Source of the DNA: Octopus vulgaris
Taxonomy: Eukaryota
Assembly (NCBI GenBank): GCA_951406725.2
Contig: OX597819.1
Location: forward strand, 34,100,001-34,164,000
DNA length: 64,000 nucleotides
Direction: 5' to 3'
Under the pieces are notes generated by a model. That model was not told where the DNA came from. It worked only from the letters and a program-made list of their open reading frames with translations, and did not search any database. Of this stretch, positions 25,766-37,495 are shown piece by piece; within the stretch, counting starts at the first letter, position 1; the number at the start of each line of letters is the position of its first letter. The position numbers and the translations under genes are program-made.

Positions 25766-27334
25766 TTATATCTAAATATAATGACTGATAAAAGTCTCTT
25801 TAGGACCATTTTTTTTTTATTCTAAAAAACCAGGCCAAAACAGATATGGAACCCAGGCAGCTTTTCAGCGGGCCAGCTCCTGTCAAACCATCCAACCTAT
25901 GCCAGCATGGAAAACAAATGTTTGATGATGATAATGATGGTGGTAGTGGTGGTGGTGTTGCTGGTGATAATGATGAGAAGTGAAATAGGTACGATGACCT
26001 TTGGTGGCTCCCTACACAACTATCACATTGGTGACATTGATAAAGCCAGTTAGTAGTGTTTTTCAGTTTGAACATGTAAAGGGCGTTTATGAGTGAGAAA
26101 GGAATTCTAGGGAAGTTGCAATTGTGGCCAGAAGACAATTAATACTTTGGTCAAGGCATGATGAGATGATAGAAGGGGGAGAAGAGAAAGAGCTGGATTA
26201 AGAAGGCAGACTGTTCAGATATCTAGGTCAAAGGAAGAGGTTCTGTTGGAAGAAGTCAAAAAGCAACAGATAATCGGGCCTGTGATAGTGGGATCTAATC
26301 CTATATTCTATTTTTGCATGGTTTCTAGGACTGAATGCTCTTCCTAATATCAACAACTGGGTGCATTTTATCATGTCATCAACACTAGTTTGAGATAGAC
26401 AAACAAATAGATAGAAGTTGTTGCTTTTCTATCCATCATCATAATCATCATTGTTTAACATCCATCTTCCATGCATGCATGGGTAGGAAGGTTCACAGGA
26501 GCTGGCCAGGTAGTAAAGCTACCTTATGCTACTCTGTTTTGGCAGTGCTTCTATGGCTGTGTGCCTTTCCTAACACAAACCACTCTGCAGAGTGGACTCA
26601 GTGCTTTTTACATGGCACTAGCACAGGTGAGGTTAATTTTGGTATGATTTTTACAGCTGGATGGCCTTCCAAATGCCAACCACTTTACAGTGTGGACTGG
26701 ATGCTTTTACGTGGCACCAGCATTGGCAGGGCTATCACATAACTTGCAAGACAAGGAATTATGAGCAGGGCAGGGGCATTTGAGCAAGAGAACTTGTATC
26801 AGAGGATGAAAGGTTAGAGGATGACAAAGAGATAGAGAGGTAGAAACAGGTGTCTTGCTATAACATATGATAAATATGTGGGATTTCTACATCCACAAGA
26901 AAAAATGTGTTTGGGTCATTTTCTTCACACTATAATACACACACACACAAATATAAAGTGATAGATAGGCAGACAGATAGAACTACTGTGCAGAAGAATA
27001 TGCTACATATATACTTATATGTACTGTGTTTCTGGTGCATGCATGTATATACACACACATACGAAAATAAAGAGTCCTCTCTTCTCTGTGTTGTGATAAT
27101 TCTTCTCGGTTTAATATTACTGAGAAGATACATAAAAGCCAGATTGATGACTAAGAGGGACAGACAAGAGATAATATGAATAGGGAAGGAAGTAATGCTA
27201 GAGAGACTATGATATGCAGCTACATGCTGGTTGTTGGTAAGGAAAATGAATAGAAAAAAAGCATCTACAGGTTTATCTCTTTATTTATATCTCAAGTATT
27301 CTGAATGATGCTGCATTCACTATTCTTTTGTTTT

Positions 27335-27552
27335 TTGTACTTGTTTCAGTCATTTGACTGCTGCCATGCTGGAGTACTGCCTTGAAGGATTTTAGTTGAA
27401 CAATTCAAATCCAGGGCTTATTATTTTAAATCCTAGTGCTTATTCTATGGGTCACTTTTGCCAAACAGCTAAGTTACAGGGACATAAACGCACCAACACC
27501 AGTTGTCAAGCTGTGATGGGAGGACAGACACAGATGGAAAGGCACATATACA

Positions 27553-27594
<42 letters not shown>

Positions 27595-27752
27595 ACAGGC
27601 TCCTTTCATTTTCCATCTACCAAATCCACTTACAAAGCTTTGGTCAGCCTGAGGCTATAGTAGAAGACACTTGTCATAAGTGCAATGCAGTGGGACTGAA
27701 CCCAGAGCCATGTGGTTGGGAAGTAAGCTTTTTACCACATAGCCACACCAGC
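27335..27752 (-). mobile_element. SINE family A
   Basis: Family similarity; CpG-decayed. Confidence 0.85.
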
Positions 27753-27924
27753 ACCTTTTAATGTATTATTATAAATATATTATCATTTTATCTAATTTAA
27801 TATGTGGGTGATTAATGCATTTATATGCAAATCAGGTTAACTGTTACTGTTCTATCCATATAAGCTACTTCCACATATAGTAATTTAGATTCAAAGTTAC
27901 CTGTCTAGCCAAAAAAATAGCATT

Positions 27925-27972
27925 GCATCTCTGATGAAAGGCAATTATCCTGAAACAAATTTGTGAAGAGGA
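27925..27972 (+). ncRNA. Degenerate minimal hammerhead-like motif (Penelope-type)
   Basis: CTGATGA-aAGG(caattat)CCT-GAAA with palindromic stem III ACAAATTTGT; cleavage triplet is not canonical. Confidence 0.45.
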
Positions 27973-28339
27973 TCCTCAGCCATTATTTCTGTTTGCTTAT
28001 GGGAACAATCTGATGCTTATGCATCATATTAATATCTACACCTAAGCTTTTCAAATAGATAACTGTAGATTTATCTATATTATACATGCATATATCATCA
28101 TCACTGTTTTAACATCTACTTTTCCAAGCTTTCATGAGTCAGACAAGAGTACATAGAAGAGTTTCTACAGCCAGACTCCTTTCTAGTAACCATCTTTTTC
28201 CAGAGGGTATAATAATCTCCTAATCTATCAAACAACAAACATCCAAAGCAGGATTTATGTGATAAACTAGAAACGAAAGGGCCCTATATGAATGAATTCT
28301 TTGTTTAAATATACACACAAACACACTCACACACACACA

Positions 28340-28935
28340 AACAAATCCACTCGGAAGGCTTTGATCAGCCTATGGCTATAGAGGAGGACACTTGCCCAAG
28401 ATGCTAGATAATGGGACTGAACCCAAAGTCATATGGTTGGGAAATGAACTTTTTAACCACACAACCAGGCCTGTACCTGTAGATATATATAGGTACAAGA
28501 GTGGCTGTGTGGTAAGTAGCTTGTTTACCAGCCACATGGTTCTGGGCTTAGTCCCACTACATGTCACCTTGGACAAGTGTTTTCTACTATAGCCTCAGAC
28601 TGAGCAAAGCCTTGTGAGTGGATTTGGTAGACAGAGACTGAAAGAAGCTCATCGTATATATACATATGTATATGTATATATATATAAAGCAAATCTTTGC
28701 TGAACCCTATTATAAAGTATATATATATATATATATGTTTATGTGTCTGTGTTTGTCACCCCACCATTGCTCGACGACCGATGTTGGTGTGTTTACATGC
28801 ACGTAACTTAGCAGTTTGGCAATAGAATAAGTACTAAGCTTGCAATTAATAAGTCCTGAGGTTGATTTGTTCACCTAAATGTGGTGCTCCAGCATAGCCA
28901 CAGTCAAATGACTGAAACAAATAAAAGAATAAAGA
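28340..28935. mobile_element. Head-to-head SINE A pair (28340-28475 minus; 28492-28935 plus)
   Basis: Opposite-orientation heads about 15 bp apart. Confidence 0.85.
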
Positions 28936-29046
28936 ATATAATGGACTCTTCCGTCAAAGACAATGTATGAGCTTCTACCAAAATGATTTGTTTAAAGTGA
29001 TCAAATGTTCATGCCACACTTTCTCCATCAACCGCATACATAAATA

Positions 29047-29372
29047 TATACTTTATTTAAAGCAGCAGAAAATTCAACAAAACGTGTTACTCTGAGTTTC
29101 CCTTTGCCGTTCATTGGACAGTTTTTGCTAGAATGGAACCGATATGTCAATTCTATCCAGACTAGTATAAACGCTACACCTTTAAAAAATGGACTTGTAG
29201 CGTTTTTTTTTTTTTTAACAAGTCCATTTTTTTTTAAAGGTGTAGCGTTTATACTAGTCTGGATAGAATTGACATATCGGTTCCATTCTAGCAAAAACTG
29301 TCTGATGAACGTCAACGGGAAACTCAGAGTAACAGTTTTTGTTGAATTTTCTGCTGCTTTAAATAAAGCATA
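29047..29372. repeat. Fold-back palindrome, ~152-bp arms and 19-bp spacer (Penelope-like inverted end)
   Basis: Arms 29047-29198 and 29218-29372; inner ~70 bp are perfectly complementary. Confidence 0.92.
29292..29341 (+). ncRNA. Type I minimal hammerhead ribozyme motif
   Basis: Stem I CAAAAACTGT/ACAGTTTTTG (10 bp), core CTGATGA, weak stem II, GAAA, stem III ACTC-A-GAGT, GUA cleavage site after 29331. Confidence 0.7.
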
Positions 29373-29459
29373 TTACTCTACCACTGGTATTTGAATACTC
29401 TTTTTTCCACCTTGTTTCACATTTATGTGTTTACTCCGGTACATAAATATATATATAAA

Positions 29460-29706
29460 TGCACCCTTTGAAAGCCTAGCCAGGCTCATGGGCCCGGTTT
29501 CCCAGATTCTATGGCGTATATGTTCTCCAGCTGGATGGGATGCAAGTCCATCACAGCGTTGCTCATTTTAGCCAGCTGAGTGGACTGGAGCAACGTGAAA
29601 TGAAATGTTTTGCTCAAGAACACAACGTGTCGCCTGGTCCAGGAATTGAAACCACAATCTTACGATCATGATGCTGACACCTTAACCACTAAGCTACGCC
29701 CCTCCA
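29460..29706 (-). mobile_element. tRNA-derived SINE with V-domain-like core
   Basis: tRNA-like head, then GCTGTGATGGACTTGCATCCCATCCAG...GAAACCGG. Confidence 0.7.
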
Positions 29707-29860
29707 CACACACACACACACACACACATACATATATATATGCATGCATACACATACATGCATACATACATACATACATACATACATACATACATACATA
29801 CATACATACATACATACACAAACACATGTATTCCTGCCAGCATTTATATTACATATATAT

Positions 29861-30032
29861 ATATATTTTAGAAGGTCAATTATTATGGTCAGTCAGAGTT
29901 TGATCATTGGTTTCGCAACTACAAAGTGCTTAGCTGTATGGGTGACTTACCTATACATCTAAGCACTTTATAGGTGTGAAATCAATGGTCACTCTTTGAC
30001 CTGCCATGACAATCAACCTTCTAAAAATATAT
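29861..30032. repeat. Diverged ~170-bp palindrome
   Basis: ATATTTTAGAAGGT...AAAGTGCTTAG pairs with CTAAGCACTTT...ACCTTCTAAAAATAT. Confidence 0.85.
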
Positions 30033-31107
30033 TACTGTCCCAGTGTTTTAGAATTTGCTTCTTTTTCGTATAGAGAAACCACAGACAATAAATGTGTGTG
30101 TGTGTGTGTATACATGAATATGTTCGTTTGTTCTTTCTTTCACATCTGCTTTTCCAAGTCGGTATGGGCTGGGCAGTGACTTACTGAAGAGAAGCTGTAT
30201 GTGTAATGTAGGAATGGTCTAACAACTATAATACTGTAATATAATGCAAAATGACAGTAACATTTGATTTTATACCCAGTGTGCTAACATCTTCTTGTCT
30301 GTCTTTATATGTTAAGTGAAATAGGAATGGTGGAATTATATAAATATATATATATATATATATAACACACCCCCATACACTCATATATATGTACCATAGT
30401 ACATACACATACAAACATGTACATGCCTCTGTGTGTGTGTGTGCATGTAATATGTATGTGTGTGTATAAGTGTGAATCAATATTATTACATAATGCACCA
30501 ACAGATGGTGAAACTAACAGTTATAATACTATTGACAGTTGACCAAGCATCTGATAAATAGTATATTCTGATAATATTATATTCAACATCTTTATCACAT
30601 ATTCTATCAACATCATTATTCCAAATCCACCCTCTCTGCGTGCGCACACACACACACACACACACACATGTAGTGATTACTTCTAAGTCTAGCTTATGAC
30701 AACTAACAAGGCTGAAACATGCCCATTACTTCCAGCAATAAGCTTTAAAGACAAGATCCACTCCTAACTGTTTTCACTTTCATTATCATCATTTAAAAAA
30801 TATTTCCTAGCAACAAAGGCAATATTAAGGCCAAGAGGTTCTGTTAGAACAAACTATACTGTGGCAGCTACCACGAGAGAAACCTTCATATGGGCTTTTA
30901 GAGCAAAATTCATTATTGTTTATATCACACCATCATTTAATGTCTCTCTTCCACACCTACTTGGGTTTGATGGCTTGACAGAAGCTAGTAAGATGAAAGA
31001 CTGCATCTAATTTTGATCTCTACTTTGGCATGGTCTCTACAGCAGAAAGCACCAGCTAACACCAAATATTTTCTCAAAATTTGGATTAGTTGACATTGAA
31101 AGTGCTT

Positions 31108-31625
31108 CATCATCATCAGTTAACATCCGTTCTTCATGCTAGCATGGGTTGAACGGTTCCACCGGGATCTGGGAAGCCAGGAGGCTGCACCAGACTCAAG
31201 TCTGATCTGGCAGTGTTTCTACAGCTGGATGCCCTTCCTAACGCCAACCAATCCGTGAGTGTAGTGGATGCTTTTTACATGCCACCGGCACAGGTGCCAG
31301 GCAAGGCTGGCAACGGCCACAACTGGATTGGCGCTTTTTACATGCCATCGGCACGGAAGCCAGTCAATGCAGCGCAGGCATCGGCCACGTTCGGATGGTG
31401 CTTTTTACGTGCCACCGGCACAGGGATCACAACTACAATTTCCATTGATTTTTGATGTTGATGTACTTGACTCAATAGGTCTCCTCAAGCACAGGGTCAA
31501 AATGGTGTTTCTTTACTTGCCACCTGCACAGGAGTCAGTCCAGCGGCACTGGCAACTGCTGGGTGCTAGTCATAGGATCAGTTCAATTTCGATTCCGATT
31601 TCCCTTGCCCCAACAGGTCTTCACA
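31108..31625 (-). mobile_element. SINE family D, long copy
   Basis: Family similarity including the 67-bp units. Confidence 0.85.
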
Positions 31626-31898
31626 GGTCTTCATTTGTAGCTTTTAGATTGTAAACATCCTTGCATGGAGATTTTTCTCTTCTAATTACAATGATAATAA
31701 CATTTTATTGAATTTTTTTTCTCCGCATCTTATTACATAATTGAGGTTACTATTTGTATTTAGTATAAAGCACTTTGGAGGTACTTGCACTCTGGTCTAT
31801 CACATGCACACACTCACACACATGTATAGATACAGATATGCACATATAATTGTATATATCGATGTGTAAATATATATATATACATGCATATGTATGCA

Positions 31899-31941
<43 letters not shown>

Positions 31942-32032
31942 GCATATGCATGAATATATACAAATAAGTTGACCATGAAAGTAAGGGGGACTCACCACAC
32001 TTGGTAGGAGTCACATATATTTTTGATAGTAA

Positions 32033-32100
32033 TTTGACTCAGGTCCTTGCAACTTAAGTTACACAGCCTATGAAACTAAGTTGCATGGTGTTGAGTCAAA
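32033..32100. repeat. 68-nt imperfect hairpin
   Basis: TTTGACTCA..TGCAACTTA pairs with TAAGTTGCA..TGAGTCAAA. Confidence 0.8.
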
Positions 32101-32135
32101 CTTATTAAATAATATAAGTATATGTGTATATGTAT

Positions 32136-32220
<85 letters not shown>

Positions 32221-32686
32221 TATACATATAGATGTATATATATTTATACATATATAATTAATTAATTTAAGTGTTAACTAAAGTAGGAGATAATTAAGGA
32301 AGTAGAGTATATACCCTGCTGGTATAAACGTTATGTCCTTTAAGTATTATTTTGTGTTGTGCAAATGGACACCATGAGTTTACTTTCAGATATACTCATT
32401 AGGTTTTTTTTTTTGTATTATCTGAAATAGAATACTCACATATCTATTAATCAAAAAAAAAACTGAAGTATTATAAACTTTTATTAGATACTTTGTATAT
32501 TTCTAGAAAAATATATAAATATATGATAAATGAGACCCCCAAGGTATGATGAAAGGTTGTACCTGATTGATTTGGAAATTCGTTTTCCCAAATTATTTAA
32601 ATTATATATTTATATATATACATATATATAGATGTATATATATTTATGTGTATATAAATATGTATATAGATATATGTATATATAAG

Positions 32687-32717
<31 letters not shown>

Positions 32718-32790
32718 ATTTAGGAATGGTCATTTTGACAGTTTAGCCAATAAATTAGAAAAAACCTTTTATCAATTCAACAATGAAAAA

Positions 32791-32821
<31 letters not shown>

Positions 32822-33809
32822 ATGGAGAAATTGTACAAAACGTATAAATGGATGATGAGTAAAGTATCAGCACATTTGGGATTACTTGCTATCTGTAGTC
32901 TAGTCTATTATATATTCCATCTCCTATTTTATTAATACTGTTACTACATATATATATATATATATACACATATATGTATATACACACATATATATAGATA
33001 TATATGTACACACATTATATATTGATGCATATCTTATATATATATATATATATACATACACATATATATATACAAACACACAAATACACACACAAGTACA
33101 CATACACACATATGTAAATACACAAACACAATTATGCCTTTTTTTTATGCCCTGAAAGTTCTAAGATCCAATAACCTCAAATTAATTATTTAAGGAAATA
33201 ACCAAATAGATTATTATCGGAAAGTGATATCCATCAGTCAACATGTGCTTGATAATATCTCTATGGAACAAAGTAATTTCTCTAGTTCTACAATATGGTA
33301 TTATGAGCTAGAAGAACTACCATGAGTTGAGATGGTTATCATCATAGTAAGTGTGAGTAGCATAAACAATACAAACTTATCAATATTATTGTATTTGGTA
33401 GTTGTTACTGTTGTTGCTGTTCTTTAGCTCCCGGGTAAGTCCTTTTTAAGCAAACTTATGATCAAAGATATTCTAATCATGAACCTTTTGTCTTTTTTTT
33501 GTGTTTTCTTTTTGTTTTGTTTTTTTTTTTTGTTTATTACTTCAGTCATTAGAAAGTGACCATGCTGGAACATCACCTAGAAGAATTTAGTTGAAAAAAA
33601 TTGACCCCAGTGCTTTAAAAAAAAACATTTTTTTAAAAGTCTAACATTTGTTTTAGCAGTCTCTTTTGTCAAATTGCTAAGTTACAAGGACATAAACAAA
33701 CCGACACTTGTTGTCAAATGGTCCTGGGGGACGGACAAACACAAACAAACGTGCAAACACACACACAAGCGTGCATGCACACACACACACACACACACAC
33801 ACATGCATT

Positions 33810-34032
33810 CATGAGGGGATGCTGAGAAGTTTCGGGCTTTGGATGAAAGAATATACATGAGGATCAGTTAATTAGGATTTTTATTCAACATATTCCCCTC
33901 TCAGATTCACATACTTATTGCAGCAGTTCTTCAGTTTTTCTAAGCCCTGTTAAGGAACTCAGTTGTGCCTCCAACCAAGCCTTTCATGATACTCTTAAGG
34001 TCAGTCACTTTTCAGCCCGGTACCCACTCATG
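33810..34032. mobile_element. Mariner-type MITE
   Basis: Similar to 34562-34768; decayed TIRs. Confidence 0.75.
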
Positions 34033-34048
34033 TATATGCATGTGTATA

Positions 34049-34087
<39 letters not shown>

Positions 34088-34092
<5 letters not shown>

Positions 34093-34468
34093 GCGGAGGA
34101 CCTCTTGAGAGTCAACGGCCATCCAATAAATGTTAGCACGGGTACATAGAAATTCCGGGGTGGTGTCCGGCATGCTGAAAGACCACTGGGAGAGAGCCGC
34201 CCCTCAGCTTTTGTTAAAGCACGTCTCTAGGAGAAGGTCATTCTGATATAAAACCAGATATGCAGGGAATGGCATTGAACATTTTGGGGATCTTTGGTTT
34301 GTGCTAGAGATCACGGTACTCCCACATCCCTGAGCCTGCGACTCATATTGGCACCAGACATCTTGCTCCGGCTTGTCTCTGGATAATGTCAATAGAGTGG
34401 AGAGGGTCTATGAGGTGTTGTGCAAGCCTTATTGAGCCTAAAACTCTGCACAGGCATTCCCGACCTTT
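34088..34468 (+). mobile_element. GC-richer fragment, probably a LINE 5' UTR
   Basis: CTAGGAGAAGGTCATTCTGATATAAAACC resembles RTE-type 5' UTR motifs; flanked by (TA)n. Confidence 0.4.
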
Positions 34469-34506
34469 CTTTTTTATATATATATATATATATATCTTAT
34501 TTTTTA

Positions 34507-34552
<46 letters not shown>

Positions 34553-34561
34553 GTATGTATA

Positions 34562-34768
34562 TATGAGAGGGTGCTGAAAAGTTCCTGGCACTAGGTGAAA
34601 GAAAATACAAGATGATTTTAATCAACATATTCCCTTCTCAGATTCATACATTTATTGCAGTGGTCTTCAGTTCTTCTAAACCCAGTAAAAGAATTCCAAA
34701 GGTCAGGCCTCCAACCAGGTCTTTTGCGGTACCCTTAAAGCCAGGAACTCTTTAGCACTCGCCTCGTA
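34562..34768. mobile_element. Mariner-type MITE
   Basis: TA-TGAGAGGGTGCTGAAAAGTTCCTGGC...GCCAGGAACTCTTTAGCACTCGCCTCG-TA. Confidence 0.85.
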
Positions 34769-34861
34769 TATGACAAAAATCCACTCAATTTCACAGTATC
34801 CATCTATCAAATTCACTTACAAGACATTGATTGGTGTATATATATATATATATATATATAT

Positions 34862-35076
34862 AGTTAATCCAAACAAGAAAACACAAAAAAACACAACAAC
34901 GCGAGGGCATGGAACAAATATAGTATTATTGGACGCTCAGGAAAGAAGGGAAGAAGGAGGGTTTAACATTTCGAGTGGAGCTCTTCGTCGGAAACATAGG
35001 AGAAGGAAAGATCCAGAGAAGGGAAGACAGAGGAAAAAAATCGCCAATGGTACACACGAGGTCACATTTTGAAAGA

Positions 35077-35078
<2 letters not shown>
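34862..35078 (-). mobile_element. Penelope-like terminal fragment in (TA)n with hammerhead-like motif (34961-34995)
   Basis: Minus strand GTTT-CCGACGAA-GAG(CTCCA)CTC-GAAA-TGT-T-AAAC. Confidence 0.7.
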
Positions 35079-35123
<45 letters not shown>

Positions 35124-35240
35124 GTATGTATGTGTTTTTATCTGTTTTTGTCTCCCTGCCACCATCATTTGACAACTGATGTTGGTGTGTTTATATACCT
35201 GTAACTTAGCAGTTTAGCAAAAAAGACCAATGGAATAAGT

Positions 35241-35753
35241 TGTGATCCCTTTCGGTCATGAATGACCATGGGATTGCACCCAGAGAGTTACCCTTCGAGG
35301 CACAAGTCTGAGTAAGGTTGTTTATGGATGACCAACAGTCGCCCAAGCATACTGGCCACCCCTCTCCACACCACCAATGTTATGCAAGGGAAAGGCAAAG
35401 GCCCATACAGCTTGGTACCAGTAACGTCGCAGCTCATTTATTAACGTGCAAGTGGCTGAGCACTCCACAGACACATGTTCCCTTAACACAGTTCTTGGGG
35501 AGATTCAGCGTGACACAGAATGTGACAAAGCTGGCCCCTTTGAAATACAGGTACAACAGAAACAGGAAGAAATAGTGAAAGAAAGTTGTGGTGAAAGAGT
35601 ACAGCAGGGTTCATCACCACCCCCTGCTGGAGCCTTGTGGAGCTTTAGGTGTTTTCACTCAATAAACACTCACAATGCCCGGTCTGGGAATCGAAACTGC
35701 GATCCTACAACCGCGAGTCCGCTGCCCTAACCACTGAACCATTGTGCCTCCAT
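35241..35753 (-). mobile_element. Chimeric SINE (family C head plus family F tail) nested in SINE A
   Basis: 12-bp TSD AATGGAATAAGT at 35229-35240 and 35754-35765; junction near 35440. Confidence 0.85.
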
Positions 35754-36178
35754 AATGGAATAAGTACTAGGCTTACAAAGAGTAAGTCCAGGGGTCAATT
35801 TTTTTGACTGAAACTCTTCAAGGTGGTGCTCCAGCATGACTGCAGTCAAATGACTAAAACATGTAAAAGAATAAAATATAAGGAGAGAGAAAGAGAGAGA
35901 GAGGCGGGGGATTCATATAAGCAGTTAATCAGTTCAGTTGCCATGAGGAATGAAGAATCCAGCATTTCAGCCATTTGTCCTTTTTCATCTGACCATTAAG
36001 AAGAGATCCTTCTGCTAATGTCTTTCTGTCTTTTCTCTGATCTATATCTATAAATCATATCATTATTTCCTCATCAGTGAAGCCAAATTTCTGAAGGCAG
36101 CACCCATAGCTTGTGTTGGGTTATATTAATATATAGCTCATGCATGATAATGGTGGTGGTGTTGGTGGTGTTAGTGGT

Positions 36179-36453
36179 GGTAGTGGTTGTGTTGGTGGTG
36201 GTCAGCTTATGAAACCTCCACCAATGTGGGTGGTGGAGCACTAAATACCCTTGTAACAAAGTGGAAAGAGAGAGTGGAGATATGGTACTTGCTTCCATAT
36301 ATCAACAGTCTGATATATGGTAGTGGTTGTGTTGGTGGTGGTCAGCTTATGAAACCTCCACCAACGTGGGTGGTGGAGCACTAAATACCCTTGTAACAAA
36401 GTGGAAAGAGAGAGTGGAGATATTGTACTTGCTTCCATATATCAACAGTCTGA
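36179..36453 (+). repeat. 140-bp-period tandem duplication
   Basis: Units start at about 36179 and 36319 and differ at about two positions. Confidence 0.92.
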
Positions 36454-37124
36454 AGCCATTCACTATCAGAGCTGGCTTAGCAGCATTATATGCCCCTGAC
36501 AAAACAAAACACTGGACTCTACAGTATCTATTGGTAGCAAACCACAAAGTACATAGATCAGAATTGGGCCCCTAGACCTGTAAGGTCCCCAAGCAACTGC
36601 CTGGTGTACCCATACCTTAAGACAGCAGTGCTCATTGTCTATTATACACGATTCCCTATCATCATCATTGTCATCATCTGCAGTTTAATCTCACCCCTAC
36701 TTTTTCCTTTTCTTTTCTGTTTCTTTGTATTTAAATGTTATAATTTAAAATGTGAGCAAAGAAATAGGTTTCATTAATTAATTCTGAATGTATTAGTTAC
36801 ATTTGTTTAATTAACTCTGAAACAATTGAAAATAAAAAAAGAAGATAAAGTAAAACATGAAATATGCTGAGATTTAAACTCAAAACTAACACAAAATATT
36901 TTGTTCATTCCTACAGTTTCTACACAAATTCTACCAAACTTAAAGAAACAATATACAAAACTAAATCAATACGAAAAGATATGTATGTACATGCAATGTA
37001 AATTTAAGATAAGTACATTCAATAATATACACCAGTAAGTCCATTCTTATATAAAAGTATGTATACATTGAGAAATCACAAATAAATAGATATATTTGGT
37101 GACAGAGTACAGTATTCTGTTTTG

Positions 37125-37495
37125 GCAAGGCAACAAAACCTAGAATCAAGAGGCTTTGATTCTAAATAAACTTGGCAAAGAGTAAAGTTTTAGAAAGTAA
37201 GAAAGAAGACAGAAACCTGCTGCTATCAGGGAAATACCATGTTTGATATGTAGTGAAGGAGTAAGAAGGAACTCCACATAGTGTATCCAGTGTGAACTAT
37301 GGGTGCACATGAGATGTACTGAGATCACAGGCAGGCTGGCAGCAAATAACGATTTTGATGTGGTAGATGCACGGGAGTAGTTAGCAGTCAGTGCAGTTGT
37401 TAAATGAATTCCTTTCAATACTCAGAAAGCTCCATAGAATTAGATGATAGCTTCTGTCACCTAGGCAAGCTAATTAATAGTGGAGGAGAGGTTTT
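37125..37495 (+). mobile_element. LINE RT fragment with Cys-rich (PHD-like) insertion
   Basis: INLAKSKVL...PCLICSEGVRRNST*CIQCELWVHMRC...CGRC...DSFCHLGKLINSGG, across frameshifts. Confidence 0.8.

Noticed and set aside
29028-29394. Near-identical ORFs on both strands
   Set aside because: Consequence of the palindrome
34088-34250. HDV-like ribozyme in a putative LINE 5' UTR (also tried at the ends of element X)
   Set aside because: Could not build the nested double pseudoknot by eye
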